From assembly GCF_009914755.1 (NCBI RefSeq), contig NC_060929.1: 64,000 bases of DNA; one strand, given 5' to 3'. This stretch comes from the human T2T-CHM13v2.0 reference genome, Homo sapiens. The translations under genes were made by a program, and so were the position numbers. Under the pieces are notes generated by a model that had not been told where the DNA came from, did no database searches, and saw only the letters and a list, made by a program, of their open reading frames with translations. Of the stretch, positions 31,979 through 51,414 are shown piece by piece. The number at the start of each line of letters is the position of its first letter. The stretch's first letter is position 1.

Positions 31979-32852
31979 CTGAACAAGGGGGAAAAATTGT
32001 CAGATGAAAAGGGTGAAACAGAATGATAACTGCCAGAGGAAGGGATGAAGTTTTATTTCCTACAACAACATCCTTTCTTGTACTGCCTAGGTGAAGAGGA
32101 ACAGATGCTGCCATGAAAGGGGTTTCCTAGAAAGTGGTGAAGAGACCATAGCCTAATGCAAGTAGAGAATTGGGACCAGGAAAAATAAAGCCATGAAATA
32201 ATGAGTCTGCTGTATTAGAGGTAATTTTTTGCTGCTTCCAAGATTTAACATATGGAGTAAAATCCTAAATGCTGAATGAAAGAATCCAAAAGTTGAACAT
32301 AACATAAGGTACCCTAGGATCCCTCAAAAAATAAAATAAATACCATTGGTTTAGAGAGAGGTATTCTATGGATTGACGTTTCCTGGGAATTTGGGGGTTT
32401 GAGGAAAAAAATATACTATACTTGATGTTTAGTATTTGGTTGTATTACACTATATGTTTAAATACATAAACATTTTAACATAAGTTCGTTGTCTGAGAAC
32501 TTGCTGTATTTTCACATATCATCAATACTTCTAGGAAAGAGTTTCCAGAACATTATGAAACTTTAATCAGTGGGTATCTATAAATTTTATTGGATTATGG
32601 TGCCATATAAACAGGTAAGAAGCCATTTTTTCCCCTAAAACATTCTCCACACAAAATGGTCTTATAAATAACTGTGAACTTTGTATTTTCTCCTTGGCCC
32701 TACAACTCCACCACCACCAGAGCAGATAAACAGTTCTTAGGATTCCATGCCTCAAAAATGTACTTTCAGGCTAATCCGTTGTTGGCCAAGAAAAAGCTAT
32801 ATGGCCATAATTACAGGCAATTTGCAGCAAGAGAGACTTGAATTTAAAGTAC

Positions 32853-33051
32853 CTCATCACTTCGCCCACCACACTGGGCCCTGAAAAAACTTAAGAACAG
32901 GTCACTGAGCCCTTTTCAAGTCAGGAAATTATCTAGTGGACTAGTACCTCATCGTCCTCTTTCAAATATCTCCAACCTATTTTTCATTGCTTATATTTAG
33001 GCTCTTTCTTTATAGATCTCATGTTGCATCCTGACTGTTTTCCTGATAGAG
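32853..33051 (-). pseudogene. Two candidate exons (32948-33051 and 32853-32880)
   Basis: Acceptors ctgtctctctctcctag and gttttttcag; both end GATGAG|GTACT. Confidence 0.35.
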
Positions 33052-33559
33052 CTAGGAGAGAGAGACAGCAGGTTCCATTTATGCTTTCTGGACTCCGGGG
33101 ATCCTAGAAGCCAGCTAAAGCACATAGTTGTAAGAAGAGCTACTTGCTGTAGAACAGAAGAGCCAATCTTTCCTTGTGTATTCTGCCAGAACAAATTCTA
33201 GCTTTCCACTGGCTGGCCCCATTCCACCTCACTCCCTTGCCAGGTAAATCTTTTGAGTCACCAAGCACAGCCAGGCTCACCCTGTTAGATATGTTTACCC
33301 CCAGATTAAAACCTAATGCTTCTCACCTCACCCACTCCACCTGGCTTCTCATTCTGAAAGTTGTACTTTATTTATTAAGGGCCTAATTGTTCTTTTTTTG
33401 TGCCTTACCTCCACTTCCTAATTTGAATTATTCAGTTTCTTTTGTTTTTTCTTATCAAACATTTGATACACAGAATGTAATTATTCATAATTCTTGTTTA
33501 CTACCACAGTCTCATCATTTGTACACACAGGGCTTCCTTCCTTCTCTCCTTCCAACCTT

Positions 33560-34592
<1,033 letters not shown>

Positions 34593-34725
34593 CAAACCTT
34601 TTATTTTAATAATTTTATATATTGCAAATAAGAAAATGACCATTTATGAGTCTACCACAGGAAAACTAGAGCACAGACAATAATTTACATCCACCTCTGT
34701 GGTTCTTCCTTATCTTGTTCCCTCC

Positions 34726-35409
<684 letters not shown>

Positions 35410-36049
35410 CTCTTATCCCCCACTGCATCCAAGGTAATCACTATTGTGAATCTTGTTTTCATGATTATTTTGCTTTCCTTTTACTATGGTACTGTATGTA
35501 TGCCTAATTAATTAATTAATTATAGAGATAGGGTCTCCCTATGTTGCCCAGGGTGGTCTTGAACTCCTGGGCTCAAGCAATCCTCTCACCTCAGCCTCCC
35601 AAAATGCTGGGATTACAGGCTTGAGCCACCAAGACTGGCCATATGTATGCCTTAAAAATTTGAACTGTTACATGACTCATTTTCATTTGACTTCAGACTC
35701 GAACCCTCATATGACTGCAGTGTTCAGTCTCTTAGTCTGTCATGGTGTTGCATGAACTAAAGATGAGCTGAAGTTCAGATAAATAGTAATTCAAAGATAC
35801 TGGACATGACATCTGTGCCTTATTTGTGAAAGAATCCAGTAAAGATGCTCTAAAGGATAGGAACCAAAGATATACTATTAATATTTGCCTTTTCTTTAAC
35901 TATATGTATTCCTTTAAAAGCTTTAGAGAGAGATTACCTGATAAGTAACCCTCTGAAGATTTCCGATAGTTTGCTGTTTTTCTCTTCACTAGTCTTCTTT
36001 ACCTGAGAGTGTTCTACTCATTGTTTAAGATATAATTTAAAATTCACCT

Positions 36050-37205
36050 CAGGGCAACAAATGCAAACATAGACAAATGGGATTACATCAAACTAAAAAT
36101 CTTCATAGCAAAGGAAATAATCAACAGAGTGAAGAGGCAATGTATAGAATGGGAGAAAATATTTGCAAACTATACACCTAAGAGGTTAATACTCAAAATA
36201 TATAAGGAATGTAAACAATTTAATAGCAAGAAGACCACCCAACTGGAAAATGGGCCAAAGATGTGAATAGACATTTTTTTTTTCAAAAGAAAACACACAA
36301 TGGACAAGTATGCAAAATCTCAACATTATTAATCATTAAGGAATCAAGCAAATGCAAATAAAAACCACAATAACACCCTACACTCCTATTAGAAAGGCTA
36401 CCATTAAAAATGCAAAAGATAAACAAGTGTTGGTGAGGATGTGGAGAAAAAGGAACCCTTGCACACTGTTGTGGGGCATGTAAATTTGTATGGCTATTGT
36501 AGAAAACAATTTAGGGGTCCCTAAAAAAATTAAAAATAGAGCTAGCATAAGATCCAGCAATCCAGCTAAGGGGTATATATCCAAAGGTAATGAAATCAGT
36601 ACGTCAAAAAGATATCTGGCCTCTCATGTTTATTGCAACACTATTCACAATAGCCAGATATAAAAATCAACCAGGATAAAGAAAATATTGTACTTATATA
36701 AAATAAAATACTATTCAGCCATAAAAAGAAATCTTGTCATTTGCAACAACATGGGTAAATCTGAAGGACATTAGGTTAAGTGAAATAAGCCAGGCGCAGA
36801 AAGACAAATACCACATGATCTCACTTATATGTGGAATCTAAAAATTTTATTCCGTAGAAATAGAGAGTAGAATGATGATTACCAAAGGCTGGGGTTGTGG
36901 GGAGTGAGAGAGGAGATATTGGGAAGATGTTGGTCAAATAATACACAATTGTAGTTAGAATGAATAAGTTCATGTGCAGAATGGTGACTAGTTAATGAAG
37001 ATATATTATGTTCTTGAAAAATGCTAAAAGAGTTTAAAAATGCTAATTGTTCTCACCACAGAAATGATAACTGTGAAGTAATAGATTTGTTGATTAGCTA
37101 GATTGAATCATTCCACAATGTGTATATATTCAAAACATTATATTGTACATATTAAATACATAGAATTTTATATGTCAATTTTTAAAAATAAATAATTTGA
37201 AAAAA
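36050..37205 (+). mobile_element. L1MA 3' end
   Basis: gacaaatgggattacatcaaact...gttctcaccac..aaatgataact...tcattccacaatg. Confidence 0.85.
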
Positions 37206-37879
37206 ATAAAAGTAACTTCAGAAAATCCTTGTAGAGCTCTCATAGGCATATAGTTCTCCATCGTTTGTTCTTTAAGCACATGCCCAAATCATTATTCTGG
37301 AATTTATCTCACTTTGTGATGATTATTTCTGGAGAAGCCTGTCTTTTCAAGTCACTGAGCTATTGAAGAGATGGTCTCACTCACCTTTGTCTTTTCCAGA
37401 AATTAGTCCAGTACCAGGGCAATAGTAAATATTTGTTTAGTAAATGAATGAATGAATGATGGGCACTATTTCAGATTATTAGAAGTGGAAAAGAATGGGG
37501 CATGGTGTTGCATGTCTGTAGCCCCAGCTACTTGGGAGGCTGAGGCAGGAGGATTGCTTAAGTCCAGGAGTTCAAGGCCATTCTGGGCAACATAGTGAGA
37601 CTCTGCCTCAATATATATATTTTTCTTTTTTATGAAAAGAAAACATTACCAAAATACCTACTTATGGTCCCAGACTACAATAAGAATGTGCCGTAATAGG
37701 AATGAACTTAAAATTGTTTCCATATCTGCTCACCCTACTAGGCTTTTTCCTTATAAATGATATCACTGAATAGAAAATGATGGCAAATCATGTTTAACAA
37801 TCATGCAATAATCACAATAATGGTGGGTACTATAACTGATACTGAGGCTGAGGATTACATTCATTTATAGCCTCAGGAA

Positions 37880-40870
37880 ATTCTGACTAAAATGGCAGAT
37901 TTGGAGACAGTGGTAGAGGGGACAATAGCAGACAAGGAATTTATTTATTTGTTTGTTTATTTTTTAGAGACAGGGTCGTGCTCTGTCACCCAGGCTAAAG
38001 TGCAGTGGTGCCATCCTAGCTCACTGCAGCCTTGAATTCCTGGGTTCATGTGGTCCTCTCACCTCACCCTCCTGAGTAGGCTGGGACTGCAGGTGTGTGC
38101 CACCATGCCCAGCTTCAGGCAAAGAATTTAAACAAATATTTGGAAGATGATGGAACACAGAGGAGCAATAATTAAATTAGTAGAGCAAAGTAAGCTGCAA
38201 CCTAAATGCCTGCAGAAGGGAATACCAAGAGAAGCAAATAGAATTGTTTCAGGACTCTGGTAAACAGTTAAAGTAAGGAGCAAGACAAGACTGCTGGAAA
38301 CAGAGGGAAACTCTGAAAAATCTATACTCAGAGTAGGTAGACTCTCCTACAAATGCCTTCTTATCTCCCACCACAAACTAGATGTTTAGTCTCTGGATAT
38401 ACTGAATTAGAGAAGCTCTGGGATAGGAGACACCAGCTCAGCAGATGGTGATGGGGGAGGGTTAACTTCAGATACTGAAGGTGACACCCTGAGTTCATTT
38501 GTTCTTTTCCCGAAATGCCAACAATCAGACCTATGCCCTATCGGACAGGAGATCAGGGGATTTCTTCATCGAAAAATTGAATAGCCTTGGGATCCCCCAA
38601 CCAAAAAGTCAGCTTTTTACCCAGGTAATTGAGAATAAAACTAGCCAATAAGCTTTATACTGCCTTAACCTGAAATGTGGGTGATTAGCCAAAGATCTCT
38701 AGATGTTTGAAAATGACCCCTTGACATGAGAGGCACAGGTTCAATCAACCTAATATGGAAAAGGAACCCAGAGAATATTGAGATAGGGCAAGAAGAAGAA
38801 AAGAAAATCTTTTTAAAAAATCAGTAATATTCTCAGAGAAACAAGAGAAGATATAGCATCCTCACAACAAAAAACAATGTTACTTTGTAGCAAAGAAATA
38901 AGATGCTATATTTTAAAAAGGATAATTTGGGAACCCTCCCCACAAAAAAGTCCTTTTAGAAAAAAACGACAAATGAAAACCTTAAGAAAATAGAACAACA
39001 ACAACAAAAGGCAGTGAAATATAAGAAAAAAATGTAAGAAAATCCAGGAAGTTTGGGCCAGGTGCAGTGACTCATGCCTGTAATCCCAACACTTTAAGGC
39101 CAGAGGATGACTTGAAGCCAGGAATTTGAGACCACCTTGGGCAACAAAGTGAGGCCCCTATCTCTATTAAAAAAAAAAAAGAAAGAAAGAAAAAAAAGAA
39201 AAAGAAGAAAAGAAAATTCAGGACTTTCAATATCTGATTAGTAGGAGTTCCAAAAAAATAAAGAATAAAGAAAATGGAAATGAGGGAATTATCAAAGACA
39301 CAACATAAAGAAAATTTTTCAAACTGAAAGAACGAGTCTGTGTGTTTAAAGGGTCCACTCAGTGCTCATAGTAGCAAATGAAGACCAACAACAAGGCCAA
39401 CAAGGCATAGCACTGTGGAATTTCAGAATACTACACATAAAATGAACATTCTTTAACCTGAAGAGAGAGAAAAAAAAGTAGTATATGGAGGATTATGTCA
39501 TCAGACTGCAAGAGCAGTAAGTACATGTAGAAGACAGTGCGTCAATGCTCTCAAAATTCTAAGGAAAAATTTTCAACCTGGAGTTTTATATTTAGCCAAA
39601 CTACTCATTAGTTATCAGAAAAAACCAAAGGTATTTTTAACGTGTGAGTCTCAAAAAATATACTTCCCTTCCATTCTTTCTTAAGATATTACAAGCCATG
39701 GCCGGGCATGGTGGCTCAAGCCTGTAATCCCAGCACTTTGGGAGGTCGAGGCGGGTGAATCACCTGAGGTCAGGAGTTCAAGACCAGCCTGGCCAATATG
39801 ATGAAACCCCGTCTCTACTAAAAATACAAAAAAAATTTGCCAGGTGTGGTGGCGCACCCCTGTAATCCCAGACACTCAGGAGGCGGAGGCAAGAGAATTA
39901 CATGAATCCAGGTGGTTGCAGTGAGCTGAGACCATGCCACTGCACTTCAGCCTGGGCAGCAAAGTGAAACTTCGTCTCAAAAAAAAAAAAAAAAAATTAC
40001 AAGCCAGATGTGGTGGCTCACACCTGTAATCCCAGTGCTTTGGGAGGCTGAGGAGGGAGGGAGCCCTTGAGCCCAGAAGTTCAAGGCACTGAACTATGAT
40101 CACACCAGTGCAGTCCAGCCTGGGTGACAGAGTGAGACCTTGTCTCTAAATTAAAAATATATATATATATTATTTAATGAATTACTCCATCCAAACATAT
40201 TTTTGGTCATCCTGGATCTTGGAAATTAGAAACAAATCATGAGCACTGAGATCCAGGATGTCCCAAAATAAAGGCAGGGTAAAGGAATTCCTGGATGGCA
40301 GCTATGTGTCTGGGATTGATGGATAATCTGATGCATTTTAACTATATACAAAATAGTATTGAGGATATTTTGAAGACCTTTCTGAGAATTTGGAAAGAAT
40401 TTTTGATAGGTATGTGGGAAAATACATAAATTGGACAGATTGATAATTTGTAACTCAGAAAAAAAAAGAAAAAATGGAAAAAAGAAAACATTTCAAAATG
40501 AAAAACTATCATATTACACAGTGAATCAATATTAGATTATATTTTAATATTCATAATATTCTGAACAGTGACTGATCATTTAAAATATTTAGAGAAATTT
40601 TAGGGAAAGACAAATGGGGTTATATATCCTTACCTACTATGATACATATAATTAACAAAACAAGAATGAACAATATTAGCATATCATTACAAACTCCTTC
40701 ACCTCAGCAAAATGTATGAATATTGAAAGTGGTAGCATTTAAGGAATAGGTTGAGAAAGGTAGGGGAAAGGTTATAGTTTGCTACAATTTGTTATAAGCC
40801 TTTTTCTGTTCCACTGAACTTTTAAATTATGTGTATACATTATTTTAATACAAGTTAAAATTAGTTAAAA
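37880..40870 (+). mobile_element. HAL1-like (ORF1-only L1 relative) interrupted by Alus at ~37940, 39056, 39700 and 40002
   Basis: ORF1-like RRQ..NALKILR.NFQPG..YLAKL (~39530-39605), no ORF2 following, HAL1-like 3' end ttgttataagcctttt. Confidence 0.6.
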
Positions 40871-40939
40871 GTCAAAAGTATTACAAATTACAAATTATTA
40901 TCATATATACACAGAGTCACATATAGAATACACTAGCCC

Positions 40940-41740
<801 letters not shown>

Positions 41741-41999
41741 CCACAAGGACTATATTGAAAATAAAAAGATTTTATGTGATCTATTGAAATAAGTGTTTAA
41801 AAAAATTAAATTAGCAGGGGGTTTTTGTTTCTTTTTTTTTATTTGAAAAGAAGGGATTCTAGTATTACCTATCACTTAGGAGCTTTGTGAGAATAAAGTG
41901 AATAGAAAGATTAGATAAATAGATATAGATATGTCTTAATCTCATAGCCTGTCACATAGAAAATGCTATATATTTATATATTAGGTAACAATGCTACAA

Positions 42000-42680
42000 T
42001 AAGGTAGACAATTCTGGGTTTTATTTATGTTACATCATCTTCCCCTTCCTGACACATGGAAGACTGCTGTGTCACTTGATTTGATGAAAAAATGTGAGCA
42101 GAAGTGATGCATATCATTTTCAGGCAGATGCAGTGAAAGTCCATTGACAATTCTTCATCTATCTTTCCCTGCTGGTCATGAAGGAGGCCTCAAGTCGAGG
42201 TGAAAGAGCTAACATACATCAAAGTAATCTGGATCTCCGGAAAATCCATAGAAAACACGTGCCCTAGAATAATTCCTGGACCTGCAGTAAACTTTGCATA
42301 AAGGAAGAAATGGATTTTTGTCTGCATTTTTTTTTTTTCTGAGACAGAGTCTTGTTCTGTTGCCCAGGCTGGAGTGCAGTGGCATAATCTTGGCTCACTG
42401 CAACCTCTGCCATGGGTTCAAGGGATTCTCTTGCTTCAGCCTCCCAAGCAGCTGGGGTTACAGGTATGCACCACCACGCCAGGCTATTTTTTTTTTCTTT
42501 TTTGTATTTTTGGTAGAGATGTGGTTTCACCATGTTAGCCAGGCTGGTCTCGAACTCCTGACCTCAAATGATCCACCTGCCTAGGCCTCCCAAAGTGTTG
42601 GGATTACACGTGTGAGCCACTGCATCCAGCCAATTTTTTTCCATGATAGCAACATAACCTAGACTCTCCTGACAAATACA
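42000..42680 (+). mobile_element. MLT1J-like LTR with AluS (42327-42631, minus)
   Basis: aatgtgagcagaagtgatg...agcaacataacctagactctcctgacaaataca. Confidence 0.65.
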
Positions 42681-42810
42681 GCTATTATTGTTGTTATTAT
42701 TATTTCTAAAGATCCTCTCATTGAACAAGTGACTGAATTTCTGTGTTTTTGTTTGTTTTGCAGTAATGTGGAACAAGTGACAATTTCATTTTTTAAGAAT
42801 GCTGTTTGTA

Positions 42811-43676
42811 CAAACAACCCCATCAAAAAGTGGGCAAAGGACATGAACAGACACTTCTCAAAAGAAGACATTTATGCAGCCAAAAAACACATGAAAAAAT
42901 GCTCACCATCACTGGCCATCAGAGAAATGCAAATCAAAACCACAATGAGATACCATCTCACACCAGTTAGAATGGCGATCATTAAAAAGTCAGGAAACAA
43001 CAGGTGCCGGAGAGGGTGTGGAGAAATAGGAACACTTTTACACTGTTGGTGGGACTGTAAACTAGTTCAACCATTGTGGAAGTCAGTGTGGCGATTCCTC
43101 AGGGATCTAGAACTAGATATACCATTTGACCCTGCCATCCCATTACTGGGTATATACCCAAAGGACTATAAATTATGCTACTATAAAGACACATGCACAC
43201 ATATGTTTATTGAGGCATTATTCACAAAAGCAAAGACTTGGAACCAACCCAAATGTCCATCAATGATAGACTGGATTAAGAAAATGTGGCACATATACAC
43301 CATGGAATACTATGCAGCCATAAAAAATGATGAGTTCATGTCCTTTGTAGGGACATGGATGAAATTGGAAATCATCATTCTCAGTAAACTATCGCAAGAA
43401 CAAAAAACCAAACACCGCATATTCTCACTCATAGGTGGGAATTGAACAATGAGAACACATGGACACAGGAAGGGGAACATCACACTCTGGGGACTGTTGT
43501 GGGGTGGGGGGAGGGGGGAGGGATAGCATTGGGAGATATACCGAATGCTAGATGACAAGTTAGTGGGTGCAGCGCACCAGCATGGCACATGTATACAAAT
43601 GTAACTAACCTGCACATTCTGCACATGTACCCTAAAACTTAAAGTATAATAATAATAAATAAATAAATAAATAAAA
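42811..43676 (+). mobile_element. Young 5'-truncated L1PA2/3
   Basis: ORF2 C-terminus intact to the stop (..[10 protein letters not shown]); 16-bp TSD aagaatgctgtttgta at 42795-42810 and 43677-43692; TTTT/AA endonuclease site. Confidence 0.95.
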
Positions 43677-44011
43677 AAGAATGCTGTTTGTAAAATAAGG
43701 AGAGAAAAATGGAGCTGATTGAACCATCAGAATGCAATGCAAGTCTGATTCTGAATGAAGAAGAGAGGAGGGAAGAAAAGGAGGAAGGCAGGCAGGCAGG
43801 AAGAATGAAAGACAGGTGGAAGCATCTTTGACTGAAGTAAAGTCTAAGGAAAAGAAGGAATTTGTAATTTGGAGTAATTTTTAATTTTTCTTTCTTCATA
43901 ACCACATCCAATCTATTACTAATTCTTTTAGACTCACCTTCAATAAATATCCCAAATCCAGAAACTTTTCACCATTTTGAAACCATCTTAATCTCCTATC
44001 TGGGTTAATAG

Positions 44012-44083
<72 letters not shown>
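44012..44083. repeat. (CT)n microsatellite in the tail of an Alu fragment (44085-44180, minus)
   Basis: Directly visible. Confidence 0.95.
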
Positions 44084-44086
<3 letters not shown>

Positions 44087-44179
44087 AAGACAGGGTCTCA
44101 CTCTGTCGCCCAGGCTGGGGTACAGTGGAGCAGTCTTGGCTTACGGCAGCCTCCATCTCCTGGACTCAAGAGATCATCC

Positions 44180-46800
<2,621 letters not shown>

Positions 46801-47064
46801 ATAATAAGAGGGAAGTTGATCTATGAAAAACCAAGCATATAAGTATTAAATTAATAAAAGTCATTTGATAGCATTAATGTAAACCTTAATTTTGAATACC
46901 AAATTTAATATTGCTCCTCATCTTTTGATTTCTAAACTGTGTTGAGATATTAAAGAGAGACAAATGAATAACTACTATCTTAGCTCCACAAGTTTCCTAG
47001 TAGAATTGGAGTCTGCTGAAGTCATCTGCATTGCACATTCATTAGGTATTTTATATATTTGATT

Positions 47065-47710
<646 letters not shown>

Positions 47711-47795
47711 TGCTCCACCTGTCATTCTTGACCATTTTTTCATAAACTCAGACACTGGTTTGGGCTCTTGATGACTTATAGATGGTAAAAGGTTG

Positions 47796-48595
47796 ACATT
47801 GTGGAAGACAGTGTGGTGATTCCTCGAAGACAGAAATACCATTCGACCTAGCAATCCCATTATTGGGTGTATACACAAAGGAATATAAATCATTCTGTTA
47901 TAAAGACACATGCATGTGTCTTTATTGCATGTGTCTTGCAATAAACTGCCTGAACAGTTCATTGCAGCACTGTTCACAATAGCAAAGAACTGGACTCAAC
48001 CTAAGTGCCCATCAATGATAGACTGGATAAAGAAAGTGTGGTACATATATGCCATGGAATACTAGGCAGCCATACAAAAGAATGAGGTCATGTCCTTTGC
48101 AGGGACATAGTTGGAGCTGGAAGCCATTATCCTTAGCAAACTAACTCAGGAACAGAAAATCCATACTGCATGTTCTCACTTATAAGTGGGAGCTAAATGA
48201 TGAGAACATGTGTACACACAGAGGGGACCAACACACACTGGGGCCTATGAAAGGGTGGAGGGTGGGAAGGAGGCACAGGATCAGGAAAAGTAACTAATGG
48301 GTACTAGGCTTAATTCCTGAGTGATAAAATAATCTGTTCAACAAATCTCCATGACATGAGTTTAGCTATGTAACAAACCTGCACATGTAACCCCAAACTT
48401 AAAAGTTTTAAGAAAAAGAGAACTGGGGGGCAAGGGGAGGGAGAGCATTAGGACAAATACCTAATGCATATGGGGCTTAAAACCAGATGACCGGTTGATA
48501 GGTGCAGTAAACCACCATGACACATGTATACCTATGTAACAAACCTGCACATTCTGCCCATGTATCCCAGAACTTAAATTAAAAAAAAAAAAAAA
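47796..48595 (+). mobile_element. Older L1PA/PB 3' end (47796-48410) plus a younger L1PA 3' fragment (48426-48595)
   Basis: Two consecutive L1 3'UTR ends; the second has TSD agagaactg. Confidence 0.85.
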
Positions 48596-48609
48596 CAAAG
48601 AGAGAACTG

Positions 48610-48701
48610 TCACAAGCAAAAGTATATCACAAGCAAAAATATGTTTTTCTTGAAGACCGACAAGCTCAAATAGACCTCTGTGAATTCTTTCTGTAAGTGA
48701 A
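48610..48701 (-). pseudogene. Candidate exon start (phase 1, HLQKEFTEVYLSLSVFKKNIFLL), broken by a 17-bp duplication and L1s
   Basis: Long polypyrimidine tract; 96-nt intron to the exon at 48798. Confidence 0.45.
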
Positions 48702-48797
48702 CTTTTAAAAAGGGAAGGTTTAGGAATGGAAGAGAAAAAAGAAAAGAAGACACCACTTTCTCAATTAGGAGGAACCCTAAGGCCATCTACTACTTAC

Positions 48798-48974
48798 CCA
48801 TAAAGTAAGGAAGGTTTATAGAAAAAAACCCAGTGAGGAAAAGCCAGGTGCAATACCACATGCATTCAAGGAACTTTAAAGAGTGCTTCTCAAAGAAAAG
48901 GGTCAGAGTGTGCCTTTGGGGCAGGTAGGAGGATGAAAGAATTTTATCGCAGTCACTGCAGGCTGTGGCATAAA
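48798..48974 (-). pseudogene. Candidate exon (177 nt, phase 1-1, fully open: YATACSDCDKILS...NLPYFM)
   Basis: Acceptor ctttctcaacctttttcag, donor TGG|GTAAGT. Confidence 0.6.
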
Positions 48975-49054
48975 CTGAAAAAGGTTGAGAAAGTACTGCT
49001 TTAACCTTTTCACTAGTGACATAAAAAACTCCAGCCCCCAGCATTGTTACCTAC

Positions 49055-49152
49055 TTTTGTTATCAGTAGGTATCCTCTTTTGGAGGCGAAGTGAGGCAAG
49101 AAACGCCTTGAGTTCCCTCAAGTGTAAAGCCAATAGCTTTTATTTTGTCCTC
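49055..49152 (-). pseudogene. Candidate exon (98 nt, phase 2-1, LLALHLRELKAFLASLRLQKR)
   Basis: Donor AAA|GTAGGT, 80-nt intron, one stop. Confidence 0.5.
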
Positions 49153-49242
49153 CTGTTAACCCACATGAATTTAACACTCCAACCATGGGATGTTGCTGTT
49201 CCATTCAAATGAGATCACAGAGTATTAGAAATACCCTAACTG

Positions 49243-49541
49243 GGCCAGGCACTGTGGCTCATGCCTGTAATCCCCAGCACTTTGAGGGGCCAAGGCAGGC
49301 GGATTGCCTGAACTCAGGGGTTCAAGACCAAACTGCACAAAGTGGGGAAACTCTGTCTCTACAAAAAATACAAAAATTAGCCAGATATGGTGGTGTTCCC
49401 CTATAATCACAGCTACTTAGGGGGCTGAGGTGTGAGGATCACTTGAGCCCAGGAGGTGGAGTTTGCAGTGATCCATGTTCACACCATTGCAGTCCAGCCT
49501 GGGTGACAAAGTGAGACCCTGTCTCAAAGAGAAAAAAAAAA
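49243..49541 (+). mobile_element. AluJ
   Basis: TSD agaaat(a/g)ccctaactg. Confidence 0.85.
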
Positions 49542-49570
49542 GAAATGCCCTAACTGATTGTAATCCTTAC

Positions 49571-49632
49571 CACAGCTGCTTTGCATCATCCAGAGATGGG
49601 CCATGTAGCCCGCTCAAGGCATGGTGTTTCCT
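49571..49632 (-). pseudogene. Candidate exon (62 nt, phase 0-2, RKHHALSGLHGPSLDDAKQL)
   Basis: Acceptor ctgatgtgtctag, donor GTG|GTAAGG. Confidence 0.5.
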
Positions 49633-49900
49633 CTAGACACATCAGAAATAGGATAGGACAATATTTTAACCGAAATGACATATGACAACTCAAAACTATG
49701 TATGTGGCCAACTGGGAGCTAGCCTCTTAGAATGATCCAAAAACTGTTTAATTTGGTTAGCACTTTTGATAAATAAATACTGAATTTGAATGCCCTTAGA
49801 CTATAGACATGCTTACTCTGATTTGCAAAAGCCAACTACCTCTTCTAGATTCTATTATTCGCTACTTTATTTCCCTGTCTCTGAACTCCCCAATACACCT

Positions 49901-50458
49901 TGTAATGTTTACTTTTAGATGTCAACTTGACTGGATTACTGAATACACAGAAACCTGGTAAAGCATTATTTTGGGGTGTGTCTGTGAGGGTGTTTACAGA
50001 AGCGATTAGCATGTGAGTGTGAATGGACTAGGTGAGGAAGACCCTCCCTCAACGTGGGTGGGCACCATCCAATTTGCCAGGGCTGGAGAACAAAAACAGA
50101 GGACAGACAAATATGTCCATCTATTTCCTAGAGCTGGGATGCATTCTTCCTCTCCTATCCTTGGACATCAGAACTCCAGGCTCCGGCCTTTGGACTCCAG
50201 GGCTTAACACCAGCAGCTCCCAGATTCTCAGGCGTTCAGCCTCCAACTGAGAGTTACACCATTGGCTTTCCTGATTTTGAGGCCTTCAGACTTGGTTTAA
50301 GCCATGCTACCAGCATCCCAGAGCATCCAGTTTGCAGATGGCCTATTGGGAGACTTCCCACCCTCCACAATTATGTGAGCCAATTCTCCTAATAAATCCC
50401 CTGTCATATGTCTATGTACATATCCTATTATATCTGTCTTTCTGATAACTCTAATACA
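49901..50458 (+). mobile_element. MLT2B/C-type solo LTR
   Basis: tgtcaacttgactggatta...gggtgtgtctgtgagggtgttt...ctaataca. Confidence 0.85.
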
Positions 50459-50487
50459 CATCGTCTACATATATTTGTGCAACTTAC

Positions 50488-50960
<473 letters not shown>

Positions 50961-51414
50961 TAAAGTATGCTCAGCTATGCATTGCCCGGCAAACTTACCA
51001 CACTATAATACAGTAATTATAGCTAACATTTATACAGCTATTATGTGCTAAACACAATTCTGTGTTTTCTATATATCAGTTCGTGTAATCCTCACAACTA
51101 ATTTATGGATAGGTATAATTATTTTTTCTACTTTTAAGAGAAGACAAGAGGTTAAGAGACTTGCCCATAGAGGAAGTAGTATTAAAACCCAGATGGTCTG
51201 ACTCCAAAATCCACCTCTCAACCACTATAGAATAGAATGAGCCCTTGAGGTCTGCACCACATAATGTAAGTTATTTTCTGTATACACCTTATACATTTTA
51301 ACAATACAAATCTTTTCCCAATATCAAGCCAATTCTCTGTTCCTACAGAGAAATCAAAGCTCTAATATCAGATTCAGTGTCTCAGGCTCTCTTGCATGTC
51401 TCCCTCCTGTTTAC

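Noticed and set aside
42729-43445. 238-aa ORF as a chimeric new gene
   Set aside because: L1 ORF2 tail with a short flank read-through from a non-ATG start; no promoter or splice support.
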